From Bdellovibrionota bacterium (GTDB taxonomy: Bacteria; Bdellovibrionota_G; JALEGL01; DATDPG01): a stretch of 64,000 bases of DNA. The stretch covers positions 2,560,001 to 2,624,000 of the forward strand of contig OY764265.1 in NCBI GenBank assembly GCA_963668355.1. The letters run 5' to 3'. The notes beneath the pieces were generated by a model. It worked only from the letters and a program-made list of their open reading frames with translations, did not search any database and had not been told where the DNA came from. Made by a program: the position numbers and the translations under genes. Numbering within the stretch: position 1 is the stretch's first letter; every line of letters starts with the position of its first letter. Shown piece after piece: positions 50,154-60,123 of the stretch.

Positions 50154-51440
50154 TTAGAATTTATACGAACCAGATAAGACAATAGCATAAGAGCGTTCGG
50201 TTACCGAGATGATGTTTCCCAAATTGTCGACGCCATTTCCCTCCCCAAGAGAAATGATTCCCCCTGCGGAAAGCGTGCTGTTCTCTGTTTCCAAGGCTCC
50301 AGCAAACGTAAAACCGTAATGATCGACTTGATCGGCCTGGCTTCTAGTCCCCGCTTGAAGGTCGGGGGCCGCAGACAAATTTGTAAAGAAGCCCGCTCGG
50401 ATCGCCCATTCGGGAGCAATGAAGTATTCACCACCCACGCTTCCGTTGAATGCCAGCTTTTGATGGATGTTTTCAGGGGTCCCATCTACATAAGCATAGT
50501 CATTGGGTAAGTGTAAAAGGATGTCGGCCGAAACGGCCCATCTTCTTGTCTTGTCGAATGCAACGCCGAAACCAAATCGTTGGGGCGCTTCAAATTTAAG
50601 GTCCAAATCCTCAAGATCTGTGTTTGAGTTGGCCAGAGAAATGTTTGTGCGGTCGGTTATGGCAATGGAGCTATAGTAGTTCCCATTGCTGTGAAGCCGA
50701 AGTGTGGGAGATTGGTAGGTGAAACCCAACCACAAATTCTCTACGGGCGAATACCGAATGCCCACAAGGCCCACTAAGCCTCCAATGTTTCCTGTTTCAT
50801 GAAGAAATGCTTGAGAAAAATGGGTTGCAACATCTTCGGATAGAAAACCCACGTTTTCAATTTTCGTGAGGAAGTATCCAAGTGTGGCTCCCACTGACAA
50901 ATGTCTGGAAAGTTTTCGGGCATAGGAAGGTCCGACCATCAAAGTTTGATTAAATAGGGAACGGGTTCCTCCGGCGGATCCAGATGTTACGTCAAATTTA
51001 ACTCTTCCCGTCAGTTCATTTTGATTCAATACAACGACATTGAGTGCCACGGCATTTCGCTTTTCCTGAGAATCTTCCCACCAAAATCGAAATCGTTTCG
51101 CGAATGATGCGATCTGAGGAATACTTGTAAAAGCGTCTTGAGGTAGGTCTGTGGAGCTGCCTGCCAAAGTAATGGCGTCTTTCCGTTCGCCTCGAGAAAG
51201 TCGATATAGGTTTCCGGCAACGGATAAGGTGTCGTATTCCGCAAACGCCAGACCTGCCGGATTATAGATTCCGCCTTCGGCAGTCGTGGAAAGAGCAATG
51301 AAGGCTCCCCCCATCCCCATAGCCCGTTCACCAGGGATGACTCCCCGATAATTATAATTGGCGAAGGAGAGGGAAGGCGCAAGAAGCGAAAGACCCAAAA
51401 AGACCGTAAGAAAGAACCTGATTCGATGTCGCATGGGCAT
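50154..51440 (-). CDS. FadL/OmpP1-like outer-membrane transporter (start 51440 or 51434)
   Basis: Signal peptide; GERAMGMGGA...YNPAGL; C-terminal YKF. Confidence 0.8.
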   Translation of the reverse strand: MPMRHRIRFFLTVFLGLSLLAPSLSFANYNYRGVIPGERAMGMGGAFIALSTTAEGGIYNPAGLAFAEYDTLSVAGNLYRLSRGERKDAITLAGSSTDLPQDAFTSIPQIASFAKRFRFWWEDSQEKRNAVALNVVVLNQNELTGRVKFDVTSGSAGGTRSLFNQTLMVGPSYARKLSRHLSVGATLGYFLTKIENVGFLSEDVATHFSQAFLHETGNIGGLVGLVGIRYSPVENLWLGFTYQSPTLRLHSNGNYYSSIAITDRTNISLANSNTDLEDLDLKFEAPQRFGFGVAFDKTRRWAVSADILLHLPNDYAYVDGTPENIHQKLAFNGSVGGEYFIAPEWAIRAGFFTNLSAAPDLQAGTRSQADQVDHYGFTFAGALETENSTLSAGGIISLGEGNGVDNLGNIISVTERSYAIVLSGSYKF

Positions 51441-51466
51441 CCGAATACCCTGGGCGGAAAAGCAGG

Positions 51467-52573
51467 TCAAATTCGGTGGGTTTGTAGCTGTGACTCCCTT
51501 TTATGCCGCTCCAAAGCCAGGTCAATCAACCGATCCAGCAATTGGCCATAGGGCAATCCGGAAACGGTCCAAAGCTTTGGATACATGCTGATTTTCGTAA
51601 AACCCGGAATGGTATTGATTTCATTTACAACGAGTTTCCCATCTTTCGTGAGAAAAACATCCACTCGAGCCATCCCCGCACAATCCAATACGCGAAAGAC
51701 TTGTTTCGCCAGTGTTTGTACCTCTTCAATCGTTTTCTTTGGCAGTTCGGCAGGGGCCATCAGCAAAGCTCCATCATCGTCAAGGTATTTGGCCTCATAG
51801 GAGTAAAAGGCATGATTCTGGGGAATGACCTCTCCAGGAAGCGAAGCTTCGGGAAATTCATTTCCCAAAACCGCACACTCAATTTCTCGCGCATTTTCGA
51901 AGGCCTCTTCAATGATGACTTTCTCGTCATATTTAAAAGCGTCTTTTAAAGCAGGGCCTAAATCATTGGGCGAGTCCACCTTGTGAATTCCCACGGAAGA
52001 TCCCAAATTGGCTGGTTTGACAAAACAGGGAAAACCCACCCGTTCTTCAACAAGGGTGGGCGAGAGGTCTTTTTCATGGGATCGATGCAGAATGTATTTT
52101 GCAATGGGTATCCCCGCATCTCGAAGCAGGCGTTTCATGACATCCTTATCCATCCCAACCGCCGAACCCAAAACTCCCGCTCCCACAAAAGGAACCCCTG
52201 CGAGTTTCAGCAATCCTTGAACCGTTCCATCTTCTCCGAAAGTTCCATGAAGAACCGGGAATACGACATCCAGGGGTTCAAAAGGTAAATTCTCAGTCAA
52301 ACGAACCAGGGGGGCTTTCTCTTTCCCGGGAATCAACGCTGAAGGGGCGCCCAACTCGTTTAAGCTTATTTTGTCGGCCTGACCGGGATTCAATAGAAAG
52401 TTTTCGTTATCTGAAATATGCCAAACACCTTTTTTGTCGATCCCCAAAAGAACGATTTCATACTTCTCACGGTCCAGAGCTTCGATGACGTTTTTCGCGG
52501 ATAGAAGGGAAACTTCATGTTCAGCTGATTTTCCTCCAAAAAGGACTCCGATTCGAATTTTATTTTTGGTCAT
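51467..52573 (-). CDS. ddl: D-alanine--D-alanine ligase
   Basis: GGKSAEHEVSL, LHGTFGEDG, GSSVG, YSYEAKY, NEINTIPGFT. Confidence 0.96.
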   Translation of the reverse strand: MTKNKIRIGVLFGGKSAEHEVSLLSAKNVIEALDREKYEIVLLGIDKKGVWHISDNENFLLNPGQADKISLNELGAPSALIPGKEKAPLVRLTENLPFEPLDVVFPVLHGTFGEDGTVQGLLKLAGVPFVGAGVLGSAVGMDKDVMKRLLRDAGIPIAKYILHRSHEKDLSPTLVEERVGFPCFVKPANLGSSVGIHKVDSPNDLGPALKDAFKYDEKVIIEEAFENAREIECAVLGNEFPEASLPGEVIPQNHAFYSYEAKYLDDDGALLMAPAELPKKTIEEVQTLAKQVFRVLDCAGMARVDVFLTKDGKLVVNEINTIPGFTKISMYPKLWTVSGLPYGQLLDRLIDLALERHKRESQLQTHRI

Positions 52574-52579
52574 AACTCT

Positions 52580-53587
52580 TTAACTCTTTTCTTTTTGGAA
52601 CGCGTTGCGTTTCTCCATGCGAAGTCGGCGATTGATTTCATCTGCGGCATCCACGGCCTCATCCCATGCCGTGTAAATCTGCATTTTTTTCCCCGAGATC
52701 ACATCTCCGACGGCGAAAACATTTTCCTCAGAAGTTTCATACTTCGAAGAGACCACAATTTTCTCGTCTGCATCTAGATGTAAGTTCATTTGTTTGGCCA
52801 ATTCATTGTAGACGATCGTTCCCAATGCCACGATCGATCGATCCGTGGAGACCGTTTGGTTTTCGGCCTCGAGCTGAAAGCCTTTCAGCCCTTCTTTGGG
52901 ATCGCCTAGAATTCTCCGAATGGGAGACTCGAAAACCGGAAAATCATACAGCTTGAGCAGGTCTTGCGAAGAAGACGATAGGACCATCTTCTCTCCATTG
53001 GTCAAAATGGGGACTTCTTTATGCCCATATCTCTCTTTTAAAACTGCAGCGATGTTAACCGCGGCATCTCCATTTCCCAAAACCGAAACCCGATGACCAT
53101 ATGTGCGATGTCCATCACAACGAATGCAGTAGAGTAGGTCCCCCCGATTGGCAAAAGGAAAAACCGGATCCATGCTTCCCTGAATCAAAGGCTGTTTGTC
53201 CATGATTCCTGTGGCCATCACGACGAACTTGACGCGAACTTCTTCTTCCTCTTCCTTTTTGTTTTTGTAAGAAAGAACGAAACATTTCTCCTCTTTCCGA
53301 ATGGAGGTCACGGTCTCAGAAAGAGGCTCACCGAATTCCTTTAAAGAATCTTGTTTTTGAATCCAGTTGAGGGTGCTTTTCTGTGTGGCAATGACGGGTC
53401 GGGCCATGCCGTGAAGACCCGGAATGTTTTCAACATCCCCGACCCAGGTCCCTCGGCCTCTTCGTTTGGTATCGGCATTGCCCATAAAAAAGATCACCCG
53501 ATCGTGGTTCAACACCGATCGAAGGTATGCCATGGTTCCAGCACCGCCGCCTCCAATAATTCCAATATCAAAATTCTCTTTATGCAT
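52580..53587 (-). CDS. Thioredoxin-reductase-like FAD/NAD(P) oxidoreductase
   Basis: IIGGGGAG, ATG, YCIRCDG, VFAVGDV. Confidence 0.85.
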   Translation of the reverse strand: MHKENFDIGIIGGGGAGTMAYLRSVLNHDRVIFFMGNADTKRRGRGTWVGDVENIPGLHGMARPVIATQKSTLNWIQKQDSLKEFGEPLSETVTSIRKEEKCFVLSYKNKKEEEEEVRVKFVVMATGIMDKQPLIQGSMDPVFPFANRGDLLYCIRCDGHRTYGHRVSVLGNGDAAVNIAAVLKERYGHKEVPILTNGEKMVLSSSSQDLLKLYDFPVFESPIRRILGDPKEGLKGFQLEAENQTVSTDRSIVALGTIVYNELAKQMNLHLDADEKIVVSSKYETSEENVFAVGDVISGKKMQIYTAWDEAVDAADEINRRLRMEKRNAFQKEKS

Positions 53588-53629
53588 CGTAGAACCTTTC
53601 AAGGGCTGTTATGATACCGACCTCATCAT

Positions 53630-55864
53630 ATGAATCATCAGAATTCCGAGTTAAAATCCGAATCTTCCCCTCCCGCTGGCTTTGGCACCTTTAAAGGCGT
53701 GTTTGTCCCGAGCATCCTAACGATTTTCGGCGTGATCATGTATCTCCGCCTGGGCTGGATCCTGGGGCATGTGGGACTGTTTCAAACCTTAGTGATTGTA
53801 ACGATTTCATGTTCGATCACGTTTTTAACGGCACTGTCCATCGCCGCGACCTCCACGAATATGAAAGTTGGGGCTGGCGGGACGTATTATATGATTTCAC
53901 GTTCTTTTGGGGTTGAAACGGGGGCCGCCATTGGCATTCCCTTATTTTTCGCCCAAGCCCTCGGCATTTCCTTTTACATTGTCGGATTTTCGGAATCGCT
54001 TCATGCTATTTTCCCGGCGATTCCGGTTCGGGCTTTCGGTGTGGCAAGCTTATTTCTGTTAACCGCAATCGCCTATAAATCCACCAACCTTGCCCTAAAA
54101 ACCCAGACAGTCGTGTTCTTAATCATCGTCTTGTCTCTATTGAGTTTTTTTGTTGGCAATGCAGACTTTGCCCCCAATTCATCGACACTGCCTCTATTGG
54201 AAAAAACGAACCTCGGTTTTTGGGTGGCGTTTTCGATTTTTTTCCCTGCGGTTACGGGCATTGAGGCCGGTCTGGCCTTGTCCGGGGATTTGAAAAAACC
54301 ATCCCGTGCTCTGCCGTTGGGGACTCTTTCTGCGGTGATCGTCGGAGCCATCGTCTATTTAATCATTCCAATTGTCTTAAGCATCCGCGTTTCGCCCGAA
54401 GTCCTTCGAGGCAATACAATGATCATGCAAGATATGGCCATTTGGGGGATCTTGGTTTTGCTGGGAATTTGGGGAGCCACACTGTCGAGCGGAATGGGGG
54501 CTCTTTTGGGGGCTCCTCGAACTCTTCAAGCCTTAGCGAAGGATCGAGTTGTTTTTTCGTTTCTGGGAAAAGGAGAGGGGGAATCCAACGAGCCTCGACT
54601 CGCCACAGTCATTTCCTTTCTCATTGCCCTGGTGGCCATTCTTATCGGAGACCTCAATGCCATTGCCCCGGTTCTTTCGATGTTTTTCTTAACGGCCTAT
54701 GGCTTTTTAAATCTCGCAGCAGCCATTGAGAGTTTTTTACAAAATCCGAGTTGGCGACCCACATTTCAAACGCCCTGGGTGGTTTCTTTGGTTGGGGCTC
54801 TGGCTTGTTTGGCAGCTATGCTCATGATCAATCCCGGAGCTACGATCATTTCTACGGGCTTTGTCGTCGGAGTTTTTCTATTAACCAAAGCCAGAAATCT
54901 TGGGAACCGTTGGTCAGACATGCGTGGAAGCATGTTGCAAGCCTTGGCCCACTATTCCATTCACCAGCTTTCCCCACTAAAGGCGGAGGCCCGTACGTGG
55001 AGACCCAATATTTTGGTGTTTAGTGGGGCCCCCACCAAGCGTTGGCATTTAATTGAATTGGCGCAAGCCTTTACACAGGGAAAAGGTTTTCTCACGGTGG
55101 CAACGATTTTGACGCAAGATCAGGATGAGGAACGCTTGGCCAAAATGGAAAATTCCATTCGAGATTTTCTCGGAAAAAAGAGGGTGAAGGGCCTGGTGGA
55201 GGTTCAACCGGCCGTGGATGTCGTTCGAGGCGCAGAGGGCATGATTCGAAGCTATGGGATAGGTTCCATTCGCCCCAACACGATTCTCCTGGGTGATACG
55301 GAAAACCCTGAACAATTTGCCCTTCATGCACGTTTAATTCGTTCGGCTCTGAAAAACGAAAAAAATGTCATCATTGTTCGAAAACCTCCTTCTCAAGAGA
55401 CGATCGACCAACAACCTTTTAGGATTCCCGGGAAAGGGAAGAAGATCATCGTTTGGTGGGGTCGGCAAAGACAAAACGCCAATCTCATGCTTGCGCTCGG
55501 ACATCTCCTTCAATACGGGCCAGACTGGCAAGGGTCTGAATTGCATTTAAAATCCACGATTGACAAGGATGAGGAAAAAGAAACTGCAACCAAAGCGTTG
55601 GAAAGGTTTGTCAAAGCTGGACGTTTGCGGGCGCAGGTCGAGCTGATCACCTCGGATCCCACACAGGACGTTTTTGAAACCCTTCGGGAGAAATCCTCGG
55701 ATGCGGACATGGTGTTTATCGGAATTCGTCCCCCTGAGGCAGATGAGTCCGACCAAGATTATGCGGCCTATTACGAGTCTCTGTTAAAACGAAGTCGAGG
55801 AATGCCCCAAACCGTGATCGTGATGGCGGCAGAGCCTCTCAAATTTAACGAAATCTTTGAATAA
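53630..55864 (+). CDS. Prokaryotic cation-chloride cotransporter (SLC12/APC superfamily)
   Basis: FGTFKGVFVPSILTIFGVIMYLR, FFPAVTGI, PSWRPTF, WRPNILV; large C-terminal domain. Confidence 0.88.
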   Translation: MNHQNSELKSESSPPAGFGTFKGVFVPSILTIFGVIMYLRLGWILGHVGLFQTLVIVTISCSITFLTALSIAATSTNMKVGAGGTYYMISRSFGVETGAAIGIPLFFAQALGISFYIVGFSESLHAIFPAIPVRAFGVASLFLLTAIAYKSTNLALKTQTVVFLIIVLSLLSFFVGNADFAPNSSTLPLLEKTNLGFWVAFSIFFPAVTGIEAGLALSGDLKKPSRALPLGTLSAVIVGAIVYLIIPIVLSIRVSPEVLRGNTMIMQDMAIWGILVLLGIWGATLSSGMGALLGAPRTLQALAKDRVVFSFLGKGEGESNEPRLATVISFLIALVAILIGDLNAIAPVLSMFFLTAYGFLNLAAAIESFLQNPSWRPTFQTPWVVSLVGALACLAAMLMINPGATIISTGFVVGVFLLTKARNLGNRWSDMRGSMLQALAHYSIHQLSPLKAEARTWRPNILVFSGAPTKRWHLIELAQAFTQGKGFLTVATILTQDQDEERLAKMENSIRDFLGKKRVKGLVEVQPAVDVVRGAEGMIRSYGIGSIRPNTILLGDTENPEQFALHARLIRSALKNEKNVIIVRKPPSQETIDQQPFRIPGKGKKIIVWWGRQRQNANLMLALGHLLQYGPDWQGSELHLKSTIDKDEEKETATKALERFVKAGRLRAQVELITSDPTQDVFETLREKSSDADMVFIGIRPPEADESDQDYAAYYESLLKRSRGMPQTVIVMAAEPLKFNEIFE

Positions 55865-55950
55865 GTCCTTTTATAGTCCAATAAAAACAAACACATAGGA
55901 AAGTGTGGGTTTTTTGCTCCTCTTGACGCGACGTGATATGACCTCCGGCG

Positions 55951-58893
55951 TTGTTTATGAAGGGTGGGGTTTTAAAACGCTGGAAAGGGCTGGTAGCACT
56001 TTTCTGTTTCTGTGTTTCGCTGTCTGCGATGGCTGAGACCATTCCTTGGTCCGATCAAGTTCGCCAATACATCCAAAAGCGTTTCGACTTGAACGAAACC
56101 CAAACCGAGATTTTTTTAACCGCTCTGATGGAGAAGCGGCCGGAATATCTTCCCAAGGAACGTCCGAACTCTCTTCGTCAACGCATTCAAGCCCTATCGA
56201 GTCCAAGCACTTCCCACGCTCCCTTAAAGAGTCAAGACCGAGTGTTGTCGGAATACATGAACGGCTTGGCGATACAGATTCGAACGGTCCGTGTTTATGA
56301 AGCGCAACTCGCCCAAAAATTTGTGACCGCCCAGTTTTTTTGGAAAAATGGGGAGATTGGAGCGGCGATCGATGTTTTGGAGGGAGTCAAACGTTTTGTG
56401 GCCGAAAATTCTCCTTACTGCGAATCCAATCGGCCAGATTTTGAAAGAGAGGCCCTCAAAAAAGCGACGTCGCAGTTAAATGAAATTTCATCGGGGCTGA
56501 AAAAGAATCCTTATTCTCACTTAAGATTGGAGGCCGAAAAAAAGCCCCAGGTTTCTTCGTCAGCGGAACCCTTGACCAAGAAACCAGAAACCACGCCGAG
56601 AAAAGAAACGGCTCCTTCCCAACCGAAACCAGAAGAAAGAAGGGAAACGCCAGAATCCAAGAGAAAATTAGCCCCACCTAGAGCAGAACCAACAGAGATC
56701 CCCGAGGCTTCCACAAAGCCTGAGCCCACTCAAATTTCAGTAGAAACGAGGGCCTCTGGTCCGGTGACTGAAGAATCCGTGGGGAGACAAGTCACGATCG
56801 AATTCAAACCTCCCAAAAAAAAGAAACGAAAGCCTCCTCAGAAAACGTCTAGGCCGCCGGCTGAAAAAGCGGATCCATCTTCTCCGATATTGAAAAAACT
56901 TCCGGTTCCCTTAAGAAAACCAAGAACAAATCATAAATCCAGTGTCCCCGCTTTGAGACCCGTGGAAAAAGATCCACCCCAAGAATGGCATTCCCCTCAA
57001 GATAAACGATTGGCCCAAAAAACGTTGCGGCACCTTCAAGAAAAGCCTTTTAATCTCTCTCCTGCCCAAGCGAAACGGTTTTGCCGGGAACTCACTCAAC
57101 GAAGTGGCCTGGCCTCTCGAAACGGGTTTGTGAATGATCTCACCTCCCTTCTGCATCGGTTTAATTTGGGGCAACTGCCTGTGGAGGCCCTTCGGCTCCA
57201 ACACCAAAACGTAAGAGAGTCGACGGGGCTTACCGGAGATCGTGTACGATTGGTGGAGGAAATTCGAGAAGAGTTGGCCTATGTTCGAACCTATTTCAAT
57301 TCAAATGGAAGTCGCAAAGCCGTCGCCGAAACCGGCACAGAAAAGAAGAAGGCATCTCCCAAGAAAAAAACGACTCGGAAAAAAGGTCCCCCTAGGGAAC
57401 GTCACTACCGAGATCCGAGATACCAGGCGATGAATCGAAGACACACCGTAGAATCTGGCCTATGGGGAGGTAACCAACACCCTCGAGGAGTCACGCCACC
57501 TCAGGATCATTTCGACAATCCTGCTTGGGATAGAAGGGAAAGAAGAACCGAAAGGGATCTGGTTTCAACCAAATTGCAATTGATTGACCTCGATCTCGCC
57601 AATGGCCAACTTTCTCGAGCACAGGAACGAATAAAAGGCCTGGAACAATTCGCCCGCATCCGAGGCAACCACCGCTTGGATAATGACCTGATGCCCGAAC
57701 TCATGAATCGAGAAATGAGGATTCAAGACATTCAAGAGGCCGAATCCCAACGGCTCTCTGAACCATCGATTCGTTCTCGGGCCGTCATGGAAACAGGTCG
57801 GGGAGGACTTCTCTTCATTGGGCAACAACTAGGAGCGGATCTCATTGTCCTGGGAACCACGCGAGATTTTCAACAACTCGAAAAATGGACTTCCTTCGAT
57901 CAACTTCGCTCCGTTTCCGCAAGCTACGTGTCGCTTTCGGCTTCTGGAATGCTCGGGGAGTCGGTCTACAAAACGTTATTGGCTCATCCTCGGGGCTTAA
58001 CGCTTTCTGAGGCCTTGGCCACACCTTCGTCCATGTTTGCCCGAACGGCGGCCGAACGTTTTGCCATGAGGTCTGCGGTTTTATGGGCGGCCTTGACGGG
58101 AGCTGAATTTCTTCAAACGGGCAGGGTAGAAGCCAAAAATGCGATACTGGGAGTTCCCAATGTTTTGATTGCCCATGGAGTTGCTTATGAAGGCATGGGC
58201 CGCGTGGCCCGAAGTGTGATTTCGGCTTTTCAAAAGCGAGCCCGCGTTCGACGAGGAATCGAAATGGCCCGCATGATTGCCAGAGGGGCACGTTCGAGGA
58301 GCTTTATTCGGGGGGATTGGAAGTGGATGTTGGCTTTAGGAAGCATTGAATTCGCCATCATTCATGGATTGGGTTCCTTGGAGGAGTGGGGCTTTCAACA
58401 ATGGAACGCTCGAAAAAATCGCGATCGCACAGAAGATGCGTTCGCGACATTCCGAGAAAGCGGCCTGAGAGATTTTGTCAGTCCGGGATTCTTATCCAAA
58501 AAAGATGAATGGCGCTTCAAACATCGCCACTTCTTAAAAGCCCTGGGCACAGACATCGCTTTTGAGTCCCTGGCGCTTCGGGCTCAGTGTCAAATGGATT
58601 TAAATCATGTGGAAGATGGGGATCTGAGGGCTTCTTTTGCCATTCGAAAAAAGTGCAAAACCCGTCGGGACGCCTTGGAGAAAAAGTGGGAAGAAGAAGG
58701 AGATCCCGCACGCCTCAATCCTCTCCAAGAAAGCCTGGCCAAAGGAAACCTAGAAGAGGCTTTTTCACGCTTAATTCGAAACCCACATCTTTTTGCCCAA
58801 CAAGCCGCCTTATTCACGCAATTCTCCATCAACGAAGTGCTGGCAGACTTTGATGAATCCGATCCGCTCGCGTATGAAGGGGAGAATGGATAA
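55951..58893 (+). CDS. Large exported hypothetical protein with an internal duplication and a Pro/Lys-rich linker
   Basis: Signal peptide ending AMA; 980-aa ORF; no recognisable family. Confidence 0.7.
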   Translation: MFMKGGVLKRWKGLVALFCFCVSLSAMAETIPWSDQVRQYIQKRFDLNETQTEIFLTALMEKRPEYLPKERPNSLRQRIQALSSPSTSHAPLKSQDRVLSEYMNGLAIQIRTVRVYEAQLAQKFVTAQFFWKNGEIGAAIDVLEGVKRFVAENSPYCESNRPDFEREALKKATSQLNEISSGLKKNPYSHLRLEAEKKPQVSSSAEPLTKKPETTPRKETAPSQPKPEERRETPESKRKLAPPRAEPTEIPEASTKPEPTQISVETRASGPVTEESVGRQVTIEFKPPKKKKRKPPQKTSRPPAEKADPSSPILKKLPVPLRKPRTNHKSSVPALRPVEKDPPQEWHSPQDKRLAQKTLRHLQEKPFNLSPAQAKRFCRELTQRSGLASRNGFVNDLTSLLHRFNLGQLPVEALRLQHQNVRESTGLTGDRVRLVEEIREELAYVRTYFNSNGSRKAVAETGTEKKKASPKKKTTRKKGPPRERHYRDPRYQAMNRRHTVESGLWGGNQHPRGVTPPQDHFDNPAWDRRERRTERDLVSTKLQLIDLDLANGQLSRAQERIKGLEQFARIRGNHRLDNDLMPELMNREMRIQDIQEAESQRLSEPSIRSRAVMETGRGGLLFIGQQLGADLIVLGTTRDFQQLEKWTSFDQLRSVSASYVSLSASGMLGESVYKTLLAHPRGLTLSEALATPSSMFARTAAERFAMRSAVLWAALTGAEFLQTGRVEAKNAILGVPNVLIAHGVAYEGMGRVARSVISAFQKRARVRRGIEMARMIARGARSRSFIRGDWKWMLALGSIEFAIIHGLGSLEEWGFQQWNARKNRDRTEDAFATFRESGLRDFVSPGFLSKKDEWRFKHRHFLKALGTDIAFESLALRAQCQMDLNHVEDGDLRASFAIRKKCKTRRDALEKKWEEEGDPARLNPLQESLAKGNLEEAFSRLIRNPHLFAQQAALFTQFSINEVLADFDESDPLAYEGENG

Positions 58894-59272
58894 TCAAACC
58901 TTGGAAATGCTTCGGCCTTGGCTTGAAGCTGTGAAAAATCGAGACGTTGAATCGGCCGTCCATTGCTATGCGAAGGAAGCGGTCCTTCTGGGAACGTTTT
59001 CAAAATCCTCCAGAAAAGGATTGGAAAAAATTCAGGATTACTTCAACAATTTTCTAAAAAAAGAAGCATTAACTTGTGAAATCAAAGAGTGTTTTTCTTT
59101 TTTGGGAGATCAAAAATCCACACTTTGCGGTCGATACACCTTCATGGCGCAAACCGAAAAAAACGCCACCGTCATGGAGATCCCGGCTCGGTTTACGTTT
59201 GTGTTTGAATTGAATTCGGAGAAGGAGTGGAAAATTATTCACCACCATTCTTCGGTCCTGCCCGAAAGCTAA
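58886..59272 (+). CDS. NTF2/SnoaL-like (CaMKII association-domain-like) protein
   Basis: YAKEAVLLGT, ARFTFVF, WKIIHHHSSVLP; ATG 58886 with a GGGGAG RBS. Confidence 0.8.
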   Translation: MDNQTLEMLRPWLEAVKNRDVESAVHCYAKEAVLLGTFSKSSRKGLEKIQDYFNNFLKKEALTCEIKECFSFLGDQKSTLCGRYTFMAQTEKNATVMEIPARFTFVFELNSEKEWKIIHHHSSVLPES

Positions 59273-59293
59273 CCCCTAGCAACCCCTTTTATT

Positions 59294-59612
59294 AAGGAAA
59301 GGGCGGTTTAACCTCTAACAACCCCCGCGCAGCCCGCAAAGTAAATTTGACGGGCCACTCAATTTTAAATCTTTAGGCTTTCCATGCGCATTCGACCTGG
59401 CCCCAATATACGCGATGGTAATCTTTCATGGGGTACTCGCTTATTATCGTCAGGGGTGAAACCTTAAAAGGAAAGGGCGGTTTAACCCCTAACAACCCCC
59501 TCGCAGCCCGCAAAGTAAATTTGACGGGCCACTCAATTTTAAGTCTTTAGGCTTTCCATGCGCATTCGACCTGGCCCCAATATACGCGATGGTAATCTTT
59601 CATGGGGTACTC
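59294..59612. repeat. 145-bp direct repeat (59294-59438 and 59468-59612), 3 mismatches
   Basis: Direct comparison of the two copies; includes the last 22 codons of the flavin reductase gene. Confidence 0.95.
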
Positions 59613-60044
59613 ATCATTGACATCCTTTGAGAGGAATTGGTCGGGGTCGAGGTCTTGGTAGGCCATGGTTCGGCACTCGAAGACGAGTTGGGCCTCCTTG
59701 ACGCGAGGGACACTCACCACATCGCTGGGTTCTGTTGTGAGACCTGTTTCTGTCCATTTGTCGATGTCTCGACCGCTTTGAGAACCACAGGCTTCCATGG
59801 CTCCTTTAAACTCTTTGGACAAAAAATTCAGCGTGAATTCGGGATGGTCATTCAACAGCTTGAACGTGTGTCGAGTTGGCCGAACATAAATGGTCACCGT
59901 GGGCTTATGCCAAAGCGTACCCATCCCTCCCCATGAAACGGTCATGGGATTGGGATGATCTGAACCGGCTACCAGCAAGGCCCAGTCATTGTCTAAAACG
60001 GTGAAAGGGTGAACCTCTAATTCGGAAAGTTGTAGTTTCTGCAT
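59547..60044 (-). CDS. Flavin reductase-like FMN-binding protein
   Basis: NPMTVSWGG, YVRPTRHT, CGSQSGRDIDK, FECR, YHRVYWG. Confidence 0.9.
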   Translation of the reverse strand: MQKLQLSELEVHPFTVLDNDWALLVAGSDHPNPMTVSWGGMGTLWHKPTVTIYVRPTRHTFKLLNDHPEFTLNFLSKEFKGAMEACGSQSGRDIDKWTETGLTTEPSDVVSVPRVKEAQLVFECRTMAYQDLDPDQFLSKDVNDEYPMKDYHRVYWGQVECAWKA

Positions 60045-60123
60045 GATCGGAGGGATTCTAAAGGGTTCATTCGATGACGTCTATATTGGCATCTCGCTTG
60101 GGTCTTTGGTAACGTTTTGTTTA

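Noticed and set aside
59294..59612. CRISPR array
   Set aside because: There are only two 145-bp units, they contain coding sequence, and no cas genes are present.
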